Assembly (NCBI RefSeq): GCF_030144855.1
Contig: NC_082731.1
Location: 23,188,001 to 23,252,000, forward strand
Reading direction: 5' to 3'
DNA length: 64,000 nt
Origin: Hypanus sabinus
Taxonomy: Eukaryota
Part shown: in pieces, positions 38,986 through 51,958 of the stretch
Position numbering within the stretch: position 1 is the first letter of the stretch
Layout of the letters: every line of letters begins with the position of its first letter
Notes under the pieces: generated by a model
The model's input: the letters and a program-made list of their open reading frames with translations, nothing else
Databases searched by the model: none
Told to the model about the DNA's origin: nothing
Program-made: the position numbers and the translations under genes

Positions 38986-39454
38986 TGTGCATGCCAATGC
39001 AGATATAAGGAAAATGTGAAATTATTGACTTTTGTCAATTTCGTGCACTCGGAGGCAAATTAACCCTTTCAAATTGCTTCATTAGCTCAGTCTTTAGGTG
39101 CTTGACAGCAGCAGATATAACTGCAGTGGAACCATGATTTGGAATCACATTTTAGTTGCAACAATACATATATCATGCTATACACCTGACTTTGAAGAAG
39201 CATTTTAAAATGCAACGATATTAATACAGGTCCCATTTGCAATGCGGAGTAGGTGGTTTCGAAATCCAGTGAGATAAGTAACACATCGTAATAAGAGAGT
39301 ATTACAGTGATTGGCAGATACACTATTTTTAAACGAGAGTTCAGATTTCCAATTGCTTTTTCATGCACTTACGGCCTCTTGGCTGTGTGTATTTATTCCA
39401 TTGAAGCAAGAAGTAATTTTGCAGAGTTCATTGTGTTCAACAATTTTAATGGTG

Positions 39455-42240
39455 TTCCTGTCTATCATCACGCCGCACATTTCCTCAACAGACACCAAGA
39501 ACGGCGTGATGCACCAGATCCCCACAAGGACCTCCCCTTCATGCCAGGTCCCGCAGAATACTTCCCGACAAGCTCCACCTCGCGAAAGAGGAATTCAAGA
39601 TTGAGGAGATGGGGATTGTGCGGCTTTCCGACAGCCCATGGGCCTCCTAACTCCATATAGTGCCCAATAGCGCGGGATGGTGGAGACCGTGCAGCCACTG
39701 TAGGAGTATGAACGACCCCACACGTCCGACCGCTGACGTTGCCACACATACAATACTTTACGGCCAACTTGCACGGGGCGCGCATCTTTTCGATGATTGA
39801 CCTTGTTCGAGGGTATCAAAAGATTCCAGTCCACCCGGACGATGTATCCAGGACGGCCTCATTATCCCGTTTCGCCTGCTCGAGTTCATCAAGATGCCGT
39901 TCGGGCTCAAAACCGCGGCGTTGACGTTCCAGCGCCTAATGGATGCCGTGGGGCGAGATGTGGACTTCCAGTTCATCTCCCTGGACGGCATACTTAACGT
40001 CAGCCGCTCCCGCCAGGAACATCTCGCACACTTACGCCTGCGCTGCCGCCGCCTAAGCGACTACGGCCTTGCTATCAACCCGCCATCGACCGCCACGGAG
40101 CTGTAACCATGCTGGAAAATTTGAAGCCATTCGCCAAATCGCCAAAGCCAGCACTGTTAACGTTCTGCAGGAGTTTGTTGGGATGGTTAACTTTTACCAC
40201 CGTTTTCTGCCCTCAGCGGCCCGTATCATGCGTCCCCTTTCGGCTTGATATCCAGCAAGGTGCAAGTGGTCACCTGGACAGAGGAGGTGACTGCGGCTTT
40301 CGAACACGCCAGGAAAATACTAGCAAACGCTCAGCTCCTGGTGCACCCCCGGCTGGATGTCACCACTGCCCTCACTGTGGATGCTTCCAACGAGATAAAT
40401 GGTGGCCTACTAGAGCAGCCTGTGTAGTCCGCCTGCTTTTTCAGCCAAACCTACGACCCCCGGAACTTAAGCACAGCGCTTTCGAGAGGGAGGTGCTGGT
40501 CTTGTACCTTGCCATCCGGCATTTCAAGTGATTCCTGGATGGGAGTGAGTTCACGGTCTTCAAAGACGAGAATCCCCTCTCCTTTGCGTTTGCCAAAGTG
40601 TCGGACCCGTGGACAGGCAGTGTGTAACGTCACCTGTCGTATATCTCAGAGTCTACCACCACGATCAAGCACACCTTTGGAATAACAACGTGGTAGCCGA
40701 AGCGTTGTCACGCACCTGTGTCCAATCAGTGCAGTCTCAATCTCCGTGTGAGGATTACGCTACTTTACCTGAGGCGCAACGACTGGGGAACGAGGTGCCA
40801 GCGTACCGAACCGCAATCTAAGTGCTGAGCCTCGAAGAAATGCCCATTGGGCCTTTAAGGTAATAAGATCCTTTGCGATGTGTCCACCGGGCAACCTCGG
40901 CCCATTTTCCCGACCGCTTAGATGCGCCGAGTTTTCGACGCCCTGCGCGGTTTAGCCCTCCTTTCCATCCGGGCGACGATCTGGTTGATCACAGAGAGTT
41001 TTGCGTGACCCGGCCCTAGCAAGCATGTCGGGTACTGGGTCAGGACATGAACGCACTGTCAAACCTCCAAAATCCAGAGGCACGTGATGGCACCACTGCA
41101 ACTCTATCAGCCGACACATTGGAGGTTCGAAAATATACACGTGGACATCGTCGGCCCACTGCATGTTTCGAGAGGAGCGAGATACAATTTCACCATGGTG
41201 GACAGGTTCACGAATTGGCCAGACGCTATTTCACTCGCTGATACGGCCACGGAGACAAGCGCCAGAGCCCTGATTACCACCTGGCTGGCACGGTTCGGAG
41301 TCTCTGCCACGTCACTTCAGACAGGGGTGTGCAGTTCACATCGGCTTTTTGGCCTGCACTGGCACAACGCCTCGGAAACCAGATCCACAGAACAACTGTT
41401 TACCCCCTGAAGTCCAAAGGCCTGGTGGAACGTTTCTACGGGCACTTGAAGTCAGCCTCTGAGTGCCAGACTGGGTTGACGAATTCGCCTGGGTGCTGCT
41501 TGGCATCTGCACGGCACCCAAGGAGAATCTGGCCGCATCATCGGCCGAAGTTATATGCGGCGCACCGCTCGCAGTACCCGTTGAGTTTTTGCCAGAACCC
41601 CGTGGCAAGGAGGACACAACTGCGTTGTCCTAACTAAACTTCGGGAGCGGTTTGAAACACTTGTCATGGTCCCCACGTCCAATAACGGAACAACACCCTA
41701 TTACATGCCCAAGGACCTCCAACATAGCAAATATATTTTCGTTAGCCGACGCACGCACACACCACCCCTGCAGCGACCATACGAAGGACCCTACGATGTG
41801 GTGCACCATAATGGAAATCCCTACGTCCTGGACATCGGCGGTCATGAAGAATCTTTCACCATTGACCGTTTCAAACCGGCGGATCTAGACTTTGAACGCC
41901 CGGTTGCCTGCCAGCCACACGATGACGAGGCCGGAACCTAAGAGAACAGACAGTGTGCAGGCTGTGGACTCTGCACCTCCCAGTGCCAGTTTTCGGAGGT
42001 GGTGGCGGGAGAGGGGGAGGTTGTAATGCTGCAGCTCGCCCAAGCGTCAAATGAACCGGCTCCTGCAACCGGGAGCGAGTCCGCAGCCAGCGGTAACCGC
42101 GAGGGCTCTGAGTACGGGACAGAGCTCAGCTCCGAAGCCGACTTCACTTCCGCCCCGCAAAGTGCGGGGGATGCTGGGAGCGGGTACTCGTCGCGTATCA
42201 GCGCAACAGCAATTTTTTATAATTTCCTGATAATATCTGA
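39455..42240 (+). mobile_element. 5'-truncated non-chromoviral Gypsy pol (RT, RNase H, integrase), PPT and start of 3' LTR; tentatively CsRn1/Kabuki-like
   Basis: RT FSMIDLVRGYQKIPVHPDDV, MPFGLKTAALTFQRLMD; RNase H ALTVDASN, SAFEREVLVLYLAIRHF; IN FENIHVDIVGPL...VDRFTNWPDAI; PPT gggagagggggaggt then TGTAAT at 42022. Clade assignment is from memory of motifs only. Confidence 0.8.
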
Positions 42241-42243
42241 TGG

Positions 42244-45200
42244 TGTTGCAAGATCGTGGCGGTGGAACGAACCCAAGTGCTGAACAGGGGCGCGGAGTCA
42301 GATTCGGGAGGAGTTACGGTCGTAGCAAGCGTGGAATTGGTGCCAAGGGAGTCTTTACCTGCAGACTTGGCGTTAGCAGAGAATTCAGGGACGATGTTAG
42401 ACTTCGAACTGATATTCCCAAGAACCATGGAACGAGGTTACTCATACACGAATCGACCAACGAACTGGCAGCTCCTTGTTGTGTTACTGGGTTTTTATCA
42501 AGCATTTGTGGATGGAAAGCAGGTTTTTGTAGTTAGTGGAACCTGAGAATGATTGCAAAATAAAAGAGAAGATTGAGACCCAAGTCCTGAGAAAAATAGC
42601 CAGCTGGGCGATTGCCAGAAGGGACCATGACAGTACACCACCCTCACCGGGAGCCTCTAGGCGATCGTTCAGGACGGTCTGAAAAGTCTTGATGAAAATC
42701 CTAGATGAAGGAAGGGTGTAGGATGAAAGAGCAGGTACCCAACAACGCTCTTCTGGACCGTACCCTTCCCAGTGTACCAGGTATTGAGACCACTGCCCGT
42801 ACGGCGCATGTCCAGTAGCCGTCGTCCGGTGTATGCTCGATGGTTGTCGATGATATTGGCAAGTGGGGGAGTCGCAGCTGGGGGACACAAGAGGCTGACG
42901 GAAATTGGCTTTAACTGAGACAAATGAAAAGTTGAGTGCATGAGCCTGGAGCTTCGCAGCATCAGGCCGAGCGCTGTGGGATTGATAACCCTTTGAAACT
43001 TGAATGGTCCCAGGAAGCGAGGGGTGAGTTTCCTATGTTCGTCATTGAGCAGGATGTCCTTGGAGGAAAATCACTCATCTGCACAGTTGGTAACCTGTGC
43101 TGGTGTCCGGTGTCGTTCGGCAGTCTTCTTATTTCGATTAGTTGATCTCAGTAGGGCCGTGCGTGTTTCCTTCCAAATCCAACGGCACCGACCAATATGT
43201 TCCCGAACAAATGTTTCCGCAATCTGCTCTTGCTGAGCGGGGAACAGCGGGGGTTGGTAATCAAGGGAGCACTCAAACGGAGACCTCCCAATGGCAGAGT
43301 TCACCAGAGAGTTGTGGGCGTACTCAACCCACGGGAGGTGATCGCTCCAGTACGAGTGTTTTTTGTTTTTTTTTTTTGCCGTTACACAACTTAGTTTCGC
43401 TTCCATATCTTGGTTTACCCGTTCCGTCTGCCCGTTCGCCTGGGGGGGGGGGGAGCCGGATGACAGGCTGACCGATGCACCTAAGGCTTGACAGAAGGCC
43501 TTCCATACCTGCGAGACGAACTGGGGACCTCGATTTGGACAATATCCGCGAGGAATCCGTGGAGGCGGATGACGTGGCCGACGAGAAGATCTACGGTTTC
43601 TTAAGAGGAAGGGAGATTAGAGAGGGCCACAAATTTCACGGCCTTGTAGAATCCGTCCACAAAAGTGAGGACAGTGGTGTTTTCGCAGGAAGGGGTAGAC
43701 CAGTGACGAAGTCTAGGGAGACATGTGACCAGGGACGACCAGTGACAGGTAGAAGACGAGGTAGACCTGCAGTTGGTCGATAAGATAACTTTCCCCGGCA
43801 CAGATAGAACAAGTTCAAACATCAGATTCAGATACATATTAAGTTTATTTTCATTTATAAACCACGAATACAATGCAGTTTAAAATGAGACAACGTTCTC
43901 CGGAATGATATCACGAAAAAGCACAAAACAAACAACACAAGAAAAACCACATAACATTTGGTAATCGCTAATCCAGTGTCCGGAGAGGCTGCTGCGTATC
44001 GATATCGCGCTGCCGTCTTAGAACGTTTACCGGAGAGGAACAACAAACCCATCAGACAAAAGTAAAGCTACAAGACTTACTCGAAATCACATAGTTAAAT
44101 ATTAGTTACCATGTAGTTTTGACAGGACAGACAATACCATAATTGATAAAAAAACAACTGTCAAAGGGCACATAACTATAACACATAGTTTCAACAATAA
44201 AGAAGCATTACCGTAATCTGATAAACAGCAGTCCATGGCACGGTTTAAAAGAAAGTCTCAAAGTCCCGATAGCCCATCATCTCACGTAGACGGTAGAAGG
44301 AAGAAAATCTCTTCCTGCAGAGAACCTCCAGCGCTGCAGCTTGCCGATACCGCAGTCTGGGAGTCCCGACCACAGCCAACTCCGAGTCCGTCCAAAAATT
44401 TCGAGCCGCCGACCAACCCTCCGACACCGAGCACCATCTCTGACGAGTGCGTCGACCCCGTCACCGTCCACTATGCAACAGACAAAGCCGATAATTCGGG
44501 GCCTTCCTTCCGGAGAAATTTCTGATCGCACAGTAGCAGCGGCAGCAAAACAGGCATTTCAAAAATTTCACCAGATGTCCCTCCGTGCTTCACACGGCCG
44601 TCTCCTTTAAATTAGGATTGTACACGGCATCCTACTTGACAGATTACAGATATGTATTCCAAAGTGACCGCTGCCTGCTACTTCGCGCCGCCATCTTGAA
44701 AACTTCAGAAAGAGTGACCCCCTCCATGGATGGACACGAAAAGTGCTTCCTCGGGAGAGCAAGGGTCCGATCACTCCAGGGGTGGCAAGGGAACCGGGAT
44801 GTGGGCCCCCCATTGGAGAACATGATAAATGACGAAGACAGGCACGTACAGGCGATCGCCTGGTCCATCGTCCCGCTGGGCTTCCTTTACTTTAGCCTTT
44901 ACTATCCTTTTGCCTCGACCTCCCATGTGAGGGTGGGCACCACGCAGGATGGTGGGACTGGATGTATCAACGTTGGAGTCCTGCCGGCGGAAGAACGCGT
45001 CCGGCTTCACGTTCTTTCGATCCTGGTCGGTACTTGAGGGTTAACTTGAACCGTCCAGTGAACAGTGCCCAACAAGCCTGGCCGGAGTGCAATCGTTTGG
45101 CTTTTAAATATAACCCAGTTTTTTATGATCACAAACAGGTGTTCTGCCCCCTCCAACCAGTGCCTCCATTCTTTCAGTGATAATTTTGACCGCCAGCAGC

Positions 45201-45415
45201 TCCCGATTACCCGCATTGTAATCCCGCTCGGCGAGGGACAGACGCGAGAGTAGCTGGCGCAGAGGTAAAGCTTTTCGAACGAACTTGCTCTTTGGAATAG
45301 GACCTCTCCTACCCTGGAGTCAGAGGCGTCCATCTAAAAGATGAATTGATGAGATTGGTCCCGATGTGCCGGGATGGAAGCAGTGGTGAAACGCCTCTTC
45401 TGGTCGGTGAATGCT
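42244..45415 (-). mobile_element. second chromovirus, 5'-truncated (RNase H, deleted integrase, chromodomain, 3' LTR 42244-42632)
   Basis: DASDSRVGEVLFQ...LKEWRHWLEG; [15 protein letters not shown]; WSDHLPWVEYAHNSL; QYLVHWEGYGPEERCWVP; LTR ends gggaccatgaca next to gtacaccaccctc, as in the first chromovirus. Confidence 0.85.
43814..44705 (-). mobile_element. ~890-bp non-coding retroposon-like insertion inside chromovirus integrase
   Basis: Splits the integrase codons between ...PSMEG and ACSICA-like sequence; begins (minus) near CAAGATGGCGGC and ends aataaac...tgaatctga. Confidence 0.6.
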
Positions 45416-46240
45416 CACTAATCTCCTTAATTCCAGCTTTTACAAGCACAGTCTCTCTAACCTCTCTGCGTAAGACAGTCCTGACTTCCCAGGAATTAAC
45501 CTTGTGAATCTACACTGCACTTCCTCTACAGCCAGGATGTCCTTCCTTAACCCTGGAGACCAAAACTGTACGCAATACTCCAGGTGTGGTCTCACCAGGG
45601 CACAGTACAAATGCAAGAGGATTTCCTTGCTCTTGTACTCAATTCCCTTTGTAATAAAGGCCAACATTCCATTAGCCTTCTTCACTGCCTGCTGCATTTG
45701 CTCATTCACCTTCAGTGACTGATGAACAAGGACTCCTAGATCTCTTTGTATTTCTGCCTTACCTAACTTTACACCGTTCAGATAATAATATGCCTTCCTG
45801 TTCGTACTCCCAAAGTGGAAAACCTCACACACTCACATTAACCGTCATCTGCGAAGTATCTGCCCACTCACCCAGCCTATCCATGTCACCCTGAATTCTC
45901 CTAACATCCTCATCACATGTCACCCTGCCACCCAGCTTAGTATCATCAGCAAGCTTGCTGATGTTATTCTCAATGCTTTCATCTAAATCGTTAACGTAAA
46001 TCGTAAACAGCTGTGATCCCAAATCCGAGCCCTGTGGCACCCCACTAGTCACCACTCCCATTCCGAGAAAGACCCATTCACCGCTACCCTTTGCATTCTA
46101 TCTGCCAACCAGTTTTCTATCCATGTCAATGTCTTCCCCACAATGTAATGAGCTTTAATTTTACCCACCTATGTCCTATGAAGGACCTTATCAAATGCCT
46201 TTTTGAGATCAGAGCAAGAGGTCTGCCTAGCCACTGACAA
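45416..46240 (-). mobile_element. CR1 ORF2 RT fragment
   Basis: GVVTSGVPQGSDLGSQLFTIYVNDLD...ISKLADDTK and LVRPHLEYCVQFWSP. Confidence 0.85.
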
Positions 46241-47261
46241 AGTCTCCGATGAATAGACGATCTGGGAAAAAACGTAATAGAGTATACTAAGACTGAACAA
46301 CTGCTGGATGAGCCCCTGGTACATTTGGGCTCCCTGTCGCACAACGTGTGACTGGTAACTGAAGGTAGCAGGGTTATGATTTTTTTTCTCTCTTATGTAA
46401 CTGGATGTAGCCACGGTGAATGGTCCTATGTAGGCTCAAATGATCGAATGAATTTAGAAATATAGTATGTAGTGTTTCAATAAATTGCACGAAGTGGCAA
46501 ACAATCCATCGTCACCAAAACGTCAGGTTCAGGTACTGTTTAAACTGCGGTGAAACATGAGCAGTCACATCCTGTGGACGTTACACAGGATGTAGTGGTT
46601 CACATCCTAACGCAAACCTATTGAGGAGAGACCATTGAGAAGCAGCAGGGCACAGCGTTTACCGTATGGAATGTGAGGTTCATGTTGTACAAGGCTTCAC
46701 GGCACCCCGGGAAACTAATGGGATTTTGGGTACCGAATGCAGACGGAGGTGAATGGAACCACAGTATGCAAAAACATATGGTTAGAACAGACAATTGGCA
46801 ATCCCAGTGGAGCCAAATAGCAAACTGATATTCGGGAGGTCACGACATGTAAACAAACACTAAAAAATAGTGCAGGAATGGATCTGCAATAGATTGGACC
46901 TTCCGATTTTTTTTTTTTCTTTTTTGTCAACGAACCGAATTAGCACACATATTTATAGTAATGATGAATATAAGAAAAAAAAAGCCGGAGAATATGCAGT
47001 TCAGCGTTTTTTTTTAAGCTGAAGTGATAACCGCCAATATTTAGCTTTTATATTCTCAGATAAATTACTTCCTTAAGTGGCACTACGCCGTACTTCATGT
47101 GTCACTGAGAATAAACCCCACTGTAAGCTTAAATATTTGAGTCAGATTATGAACCGGTTAAAGTAGCAAATCTCGGGCTCCGTTCTCATTGGCGATATAC
47201 GTCCCTGTGCAGGAGGTCGGTTAACACCTGTACTCCTTTACGTATAATAAACAAAAATGTT

Positions 47262-47845
47262 CCTGGTCTAAATTGTCTCAGGGCGATGCTGATCATCCAG
47301 CGACAGATGCAGCTGCCATACTCTTCACTGTTGCCAGCCACACGTGTCATTTCAGAGCATTTTTCTCTCCATATGAAGCACCAGTCCTTTGCTCATCCTC
47401 ACAGGGGCTGATACTGGAGTGGTCATGATAAACAGACTTAAGAATCTCCATCTTAGGCGCAATAATTCCCATCCCAAATGCAAGCAGTCTGGCTGATTGG
47501 TGGTTTCTGCAAGAACTGAGAGATGTGAAATTGCTCGCACGCCCCATTTTCTGTAATAACGAATACAAATGCCATTTTGGCCGTTGTGGTGTCCGAAACT
47601 CGATGATACCCGGTGATTCACCCCTACTCCTCCTTTTTCTAACTCTTTCCGCACAGGGACAGCCAATCCCAGGGCGCCAGTTCGTGTAACGGACAATAAT
47701 ATACTTGGCAGAAATTTTCACAGGGCTATACTTAACTTGCAGTTATATATGCAGGTGTCTTATTCCACACTGCCGCCAGTCACGCGTATCATTTTATACT
47801 GTGCCTCCACCTATGTGACACCCGCAGTCCTACACTTATCCATCC
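47262..47845. repeat. paralogous ~445-bp repeat (about 1.3 units)
   Basis: Anchors at ~47262 and ~47707 align with the 14209-15240 units. Confidence 0.75.
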
Positions 47846-47894
47846 ACAATGATGAAAAATCAAACTAATTTTTCATTGGGTATTGTCTTCAGTG

Positions 47895-49600
47895 AACTGA
47901 TGATGTAACTGTAGCCTTTGGTCAGCAGAGGATGTGGCCAGGTGGTGACAGCCTCCATAGAGTGTTTCTACCGTTAACGAATACGTTCTACAGTTCGCGG
48001 CGCACCAAGTGATATTGAGATTCTCAGCTCTCTCTTGTTCCATACGCAGCGAGCGGCTATTTCTTGTCGTTCACACAATACGTGAGCTTCTTGTTCTCAG
48101 ACTTTTCATTAGGGCTCAGTGCAGACAGTAACTTCCAATTTGACCTTGTCGTGGACTCCCTCCAGTCGGTCTCCACGGGGAACAGCCATGTCTGACAGCC
48201 TTTGATCGGAAGAGCAGGGACTGAGCACTGGTATTTCAGGATCTTCGTCTCGTGAGCCTCCTCGCATTCATCCAGCATTGGGATTGTGATCTCAAACAGG
48301 ATTATGTTTTGCCTTCGTTTTTGTTGTCTTTTGTAGATAATAGCATGATCCTTGGTTACCACTATCTCTGCGAAGTGAAGCTTAATTTCCAATTATTTGG
48401 CAGTTTGCAGCAGATTTGGCGTTTTTGACAGCACTGCCCTGTTTCCCTCTGCGCAATGTGGTCTTCACTTTACGCTGTTTTAGTGTGTCTGTAAGGGACA
48501 ACGGGACTAAATACTCATGCCACCGATACCGTATTGTGTTACAGCTGATTTGTATCTTCAGCTAGTGTGCGATAATATATCTCGCAGATGACAATGCGGG
48601 CGGTTACAGTTCTCTCAGGTACCCTTGGGTGCAGCTGTGAACGTTTTAAAAGAAAGATGTTTTACAGACAGCATGTCGGAAGGAAAAGCCATAGGCCTCC
48701 AGCTTCCAAACTCAGTCCTAGTAATCAAGGCTTGAGAAGATCCCACTTCGTCCAGTGAGCTCAACACAAATGCCATTGATAGATGTTTTCCGTCCTCGCT
48801 GTCCTGCACCTCCGTCTGAAACACGTCACCTTATCACATGCACTTGCCCTCTCCCATAGTGGGATCTGTGCCTACCCGGTGGGTTGTCGCTTCTGGAATG
48901 GGTTGCAAATGACGTATCCCAATTGCTGAACTCTCAATGCACTGTCTATGGCCGAGCTGACGGCCCACTTTCGGCTCGATCTTTTTGTAAATCCTGCTAA
49001 GTTTATTGGTTTGTCATCGGAGTCCCAGACTGCAAACGCAACTCTACACGTTGCTACCTTGAACTCCTCCTCTACCGATGACAACGGGAGCTGCAGCTGG
49101 CCTGTTGATATGCAGAGACCAGCTGAAGAAAAAAGTTGGGGGAATTCCCATCCTCCTTCTCAGGTACTTGTTGTGTTTCCTCTCGATGCATTCTACAAAG
49201 GTCACAGGGATTTTAACAACGTCAACACTAGAGCAGACAAGGAATAGATGATTCTGCTACAACCATGTTACAAATTTACCAGAAGTCTGGTTCTATCAAT
49301 CTAGTACAGACACTGTACCGTCTGCTTCACTGTGTCGATGATTTCTTTTGAAGGCGTGTCGGATCGCCGGTGCTCTAGATCAGGTATGGATGGCATAACT
49401 GGTCGAGAGAAGTCGTAATTCATTGTTGGATAGTCTTTTGCATCTTTATCTCCACAGCGCAAGTCGCACAAGACGTAGATCGCGTATAGTTGTACATCCA
49501 GCAGGGTGGAGCATGCAAGCATTTCAGGGTGAAGTTGTCCTATTTTGTGTTAGATGTAGCCGACAACAGTCGACAACGACTGAGTAGCTGCGACTGCAAG
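47895..49600 (-). mobile_element. paralogous HERO-like fossil with RT core deleted
   Basis: 48057-48392 LFEITIPMLDECEEAHETKILKYQ...TWLFPVE (RLE domain); 48872-49084 SSVEEEFKVATCR...RSSRKWAV; ~1.4 kb missing near 49230-49300 relative to the first copy. Confidence 0.78.
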
Positions 49601-51507
49601 GATTGCAATGCGCTTCATGGAGAATTACCATCATTCCTAGGAGGACTGCTTCATGGCGTATGACTTGCTCGGGCGTAGGAGTTGAATAAAATAGCTTAAC
49701 CCGGTTTTCTACAGTTTTCTGGAATTCGTTTGAAATAATGAAACACTAAAGATAATTTCTGTAAAAAAGAATATGAATAGAAATGAACAGAGAATATGAC
49801 GCTGTGCATTATGGTAGTAAAGTCCATGAAACATCATATTCCTGACAGATTTCACCAATCAGTCGGCCCGGACATCTCAACCCCGTCATTCTCTGCGTGC
49901 AGACCGTCAGCACAGGCTTGGAACTGCTAAAATTACAGAAAAGATAAAGCTAGTTCAAGAGTTGCAGGGGCAGTTTCCTGAGTTCTCCATTCCGGCGAAA
50001 ATGGCAGTCATTTGGAAGTTTGAAAATTGCAACAATTGCTTAGAACCATTGCGTTCCCTTCAGAAAATGCTGATAGAGCTAAAATCATAGGGGAAATAGT
50101 CTGGTGTGATAGATGTACAAGTTGATTGTTGGACTGCCGAGGGTCAAAAATGTCTATGACATTGACTCTGGTAACAGTCTTCCCGCTCCCATATTTCTGC
50201 CAATAAATTTTCTTTGCAAAGGACTGTATTTAATGTGTCATCTTCTCGAAAGATCCAGAAAAGCAAGGGAAAGAATCAGCAAAAACAACAACTCCGGCAA
50301 AACAATTTAGGAGATAAAATGTGTTGCTCTGCTGGCATGTCGCTGAAAAGAACGTAATTCGGTATATTCAGAAAATCTGTGTGTGTGTGTTTGTGTGTGT
50401 GTGTGTGCTTTTCAGTTGCAGCGATACAACGCGGAGTACGGCCTAGCAATCCCTGAGGCATCGTCTCCCTGAAACACCGTCAAAACTGATTCTCTCCAGC
50501 TGATCATGGAACGAGCTACATTTTCCATTTAACCTACCCCGCACATCTTTGGATTGCTAAGGAATCCAGAGTCTCCGGGGAAACCACACATATTAGACGG
50601 AGAGGAGGCACAAAGTATACTTAAAGCACTGCGACGGAAGTGAACTATGTTCTCCAAATTGACCCGATCTATAGTAATGCAGTGCTAACCACGAGTCTTC
50701 CTGGTGCCCAAGCGAATAGAGCGAGAGAAAAAAAAATGCTAGAGGAGTAAGATAAATTTCTTTTTTTAAGATGAAAACACAAACACAGAAACAGACAGGA
50801 AAAGAAATCCATGCAGAGTGCTGGAGTTGTACCGAATTAGTTTAATGCCACATCGTTTGGAAACACTCCGTGGAGAAAAACCTACAGTGAGAAATTAATA
50901 TGTGGACCTACTGCCGGAGTATCAGACACAAAGACAAAGAGAGAACTGAGTGAGATGGGAGTGGTTAATTCAATAAGTACATGCACAAAACACAAATAGT
51001 ACAGAATGCGAGAGACAAGATGAGAGAGGGGAAATAATGAGAAAATAAGAAATTGCTGAAAAATACGCAGCATTCAAACTGAAAGAAGATGAGTGAGTGG
51101 GAGAAGGGAGGCACTGAGAGAATAACAGAGATATGGAAAGAGAGGGGGAGAGTTGAAGGGGTTGGAGAAACAGACAAACTGTAATAAAAAAGACAGTTAA
51201 ACAGACGCCGTATATATCAAGGAAACAGAAAGAGAGAATAGAAAATATGGAGACATGGCTGACCAGTTGAAGGCAAAGACATGGAGGAGGACTGATAATG
51301 AAAGTTAGGGAGAAGAGAACGTGCAAAAATCATCAGTAAGATATGCAGGGATATTGACATGTAGAATTTCCGAGGCAGAGAGAGAGAGTTTGTGCTAGAT
51401 GGAGAGAAAGAGGTCTATAGCTGCACGACATTCATTTTTTGTGCGACCTACAGATTGCATTGGTTGTGCTGCCCGGTGTGTTTCTGTAAAAATGGCAATC
51501 TTTGTAC

Positions 51508-51919
51508 CCTAGGTCTTCGGTTTGTATGCAACAGACAGTTCAAAATGAATTTCGAAAACGAATTCTGAAAAAAAAGCATCAATATGTCATTTCAAATGTT
51601 GTCTTATTTTTAGATACGGGTCATGGAAACTCTGTCACTCAGACAATGTCACCAGCAGTTATGTCAGAAGAGGAGCGGTGTCTTTCAGCTGCTCCTACGA
51701 TTTTACATGGAGATACTGCTATCTAAACCGGTACCAGCAAAGGCCAGAGGAAGTTCCCGTGAACATTCAGCACAAATATTATACTGCATCTGAATACATG
51801 GCCGACTTTGCCAAAACTCGCTTCAAAGTCTCTCTGGGTGAGGCAAGAAAATTCATTAGTCTCAAAATCAAAAAGTTGCAACTGAGCGACTTTGCATTTT
51901 GTTAATGTGCCCTGATTCG
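51508..51919 (+). pseudogene. TRDV: TRDV-like pseudogene lacking promoter and most of leader; frameshift, stop, Trp41>Arg, extra CDR1 Cys
   Basis: Intron 51520-51613 homologous to V1 intron; exon from 51614 DTGHGNSVTQTMSP; 1-nt deletion ~51676; CSYDFTWRYCYLNRYQQRPE (TGC 51717-51719, CGG 51729-51731); TAA 51903-51905 in the YYC motif. Confidence 0.92.
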
Positions 51920-51958
51920 CACAGTGATGTATTCCAGTTACATATTCGTACAAGAAAC
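51920..51958 (+). promoter_or_regulatory. recombination signal sequence, 23-bp spacer
   Basis: CACAGTG + atgtattccagttacatattcgt (23 nt) + ACAAGAAAC. Confidence 0.9.

Noticed and set aside
44235-44610. GC-rich overlapping ORFs (MARFKRKSQ...)
   Set aside because: They fall within the non-coding 890-bp insertion and have no family similarity.
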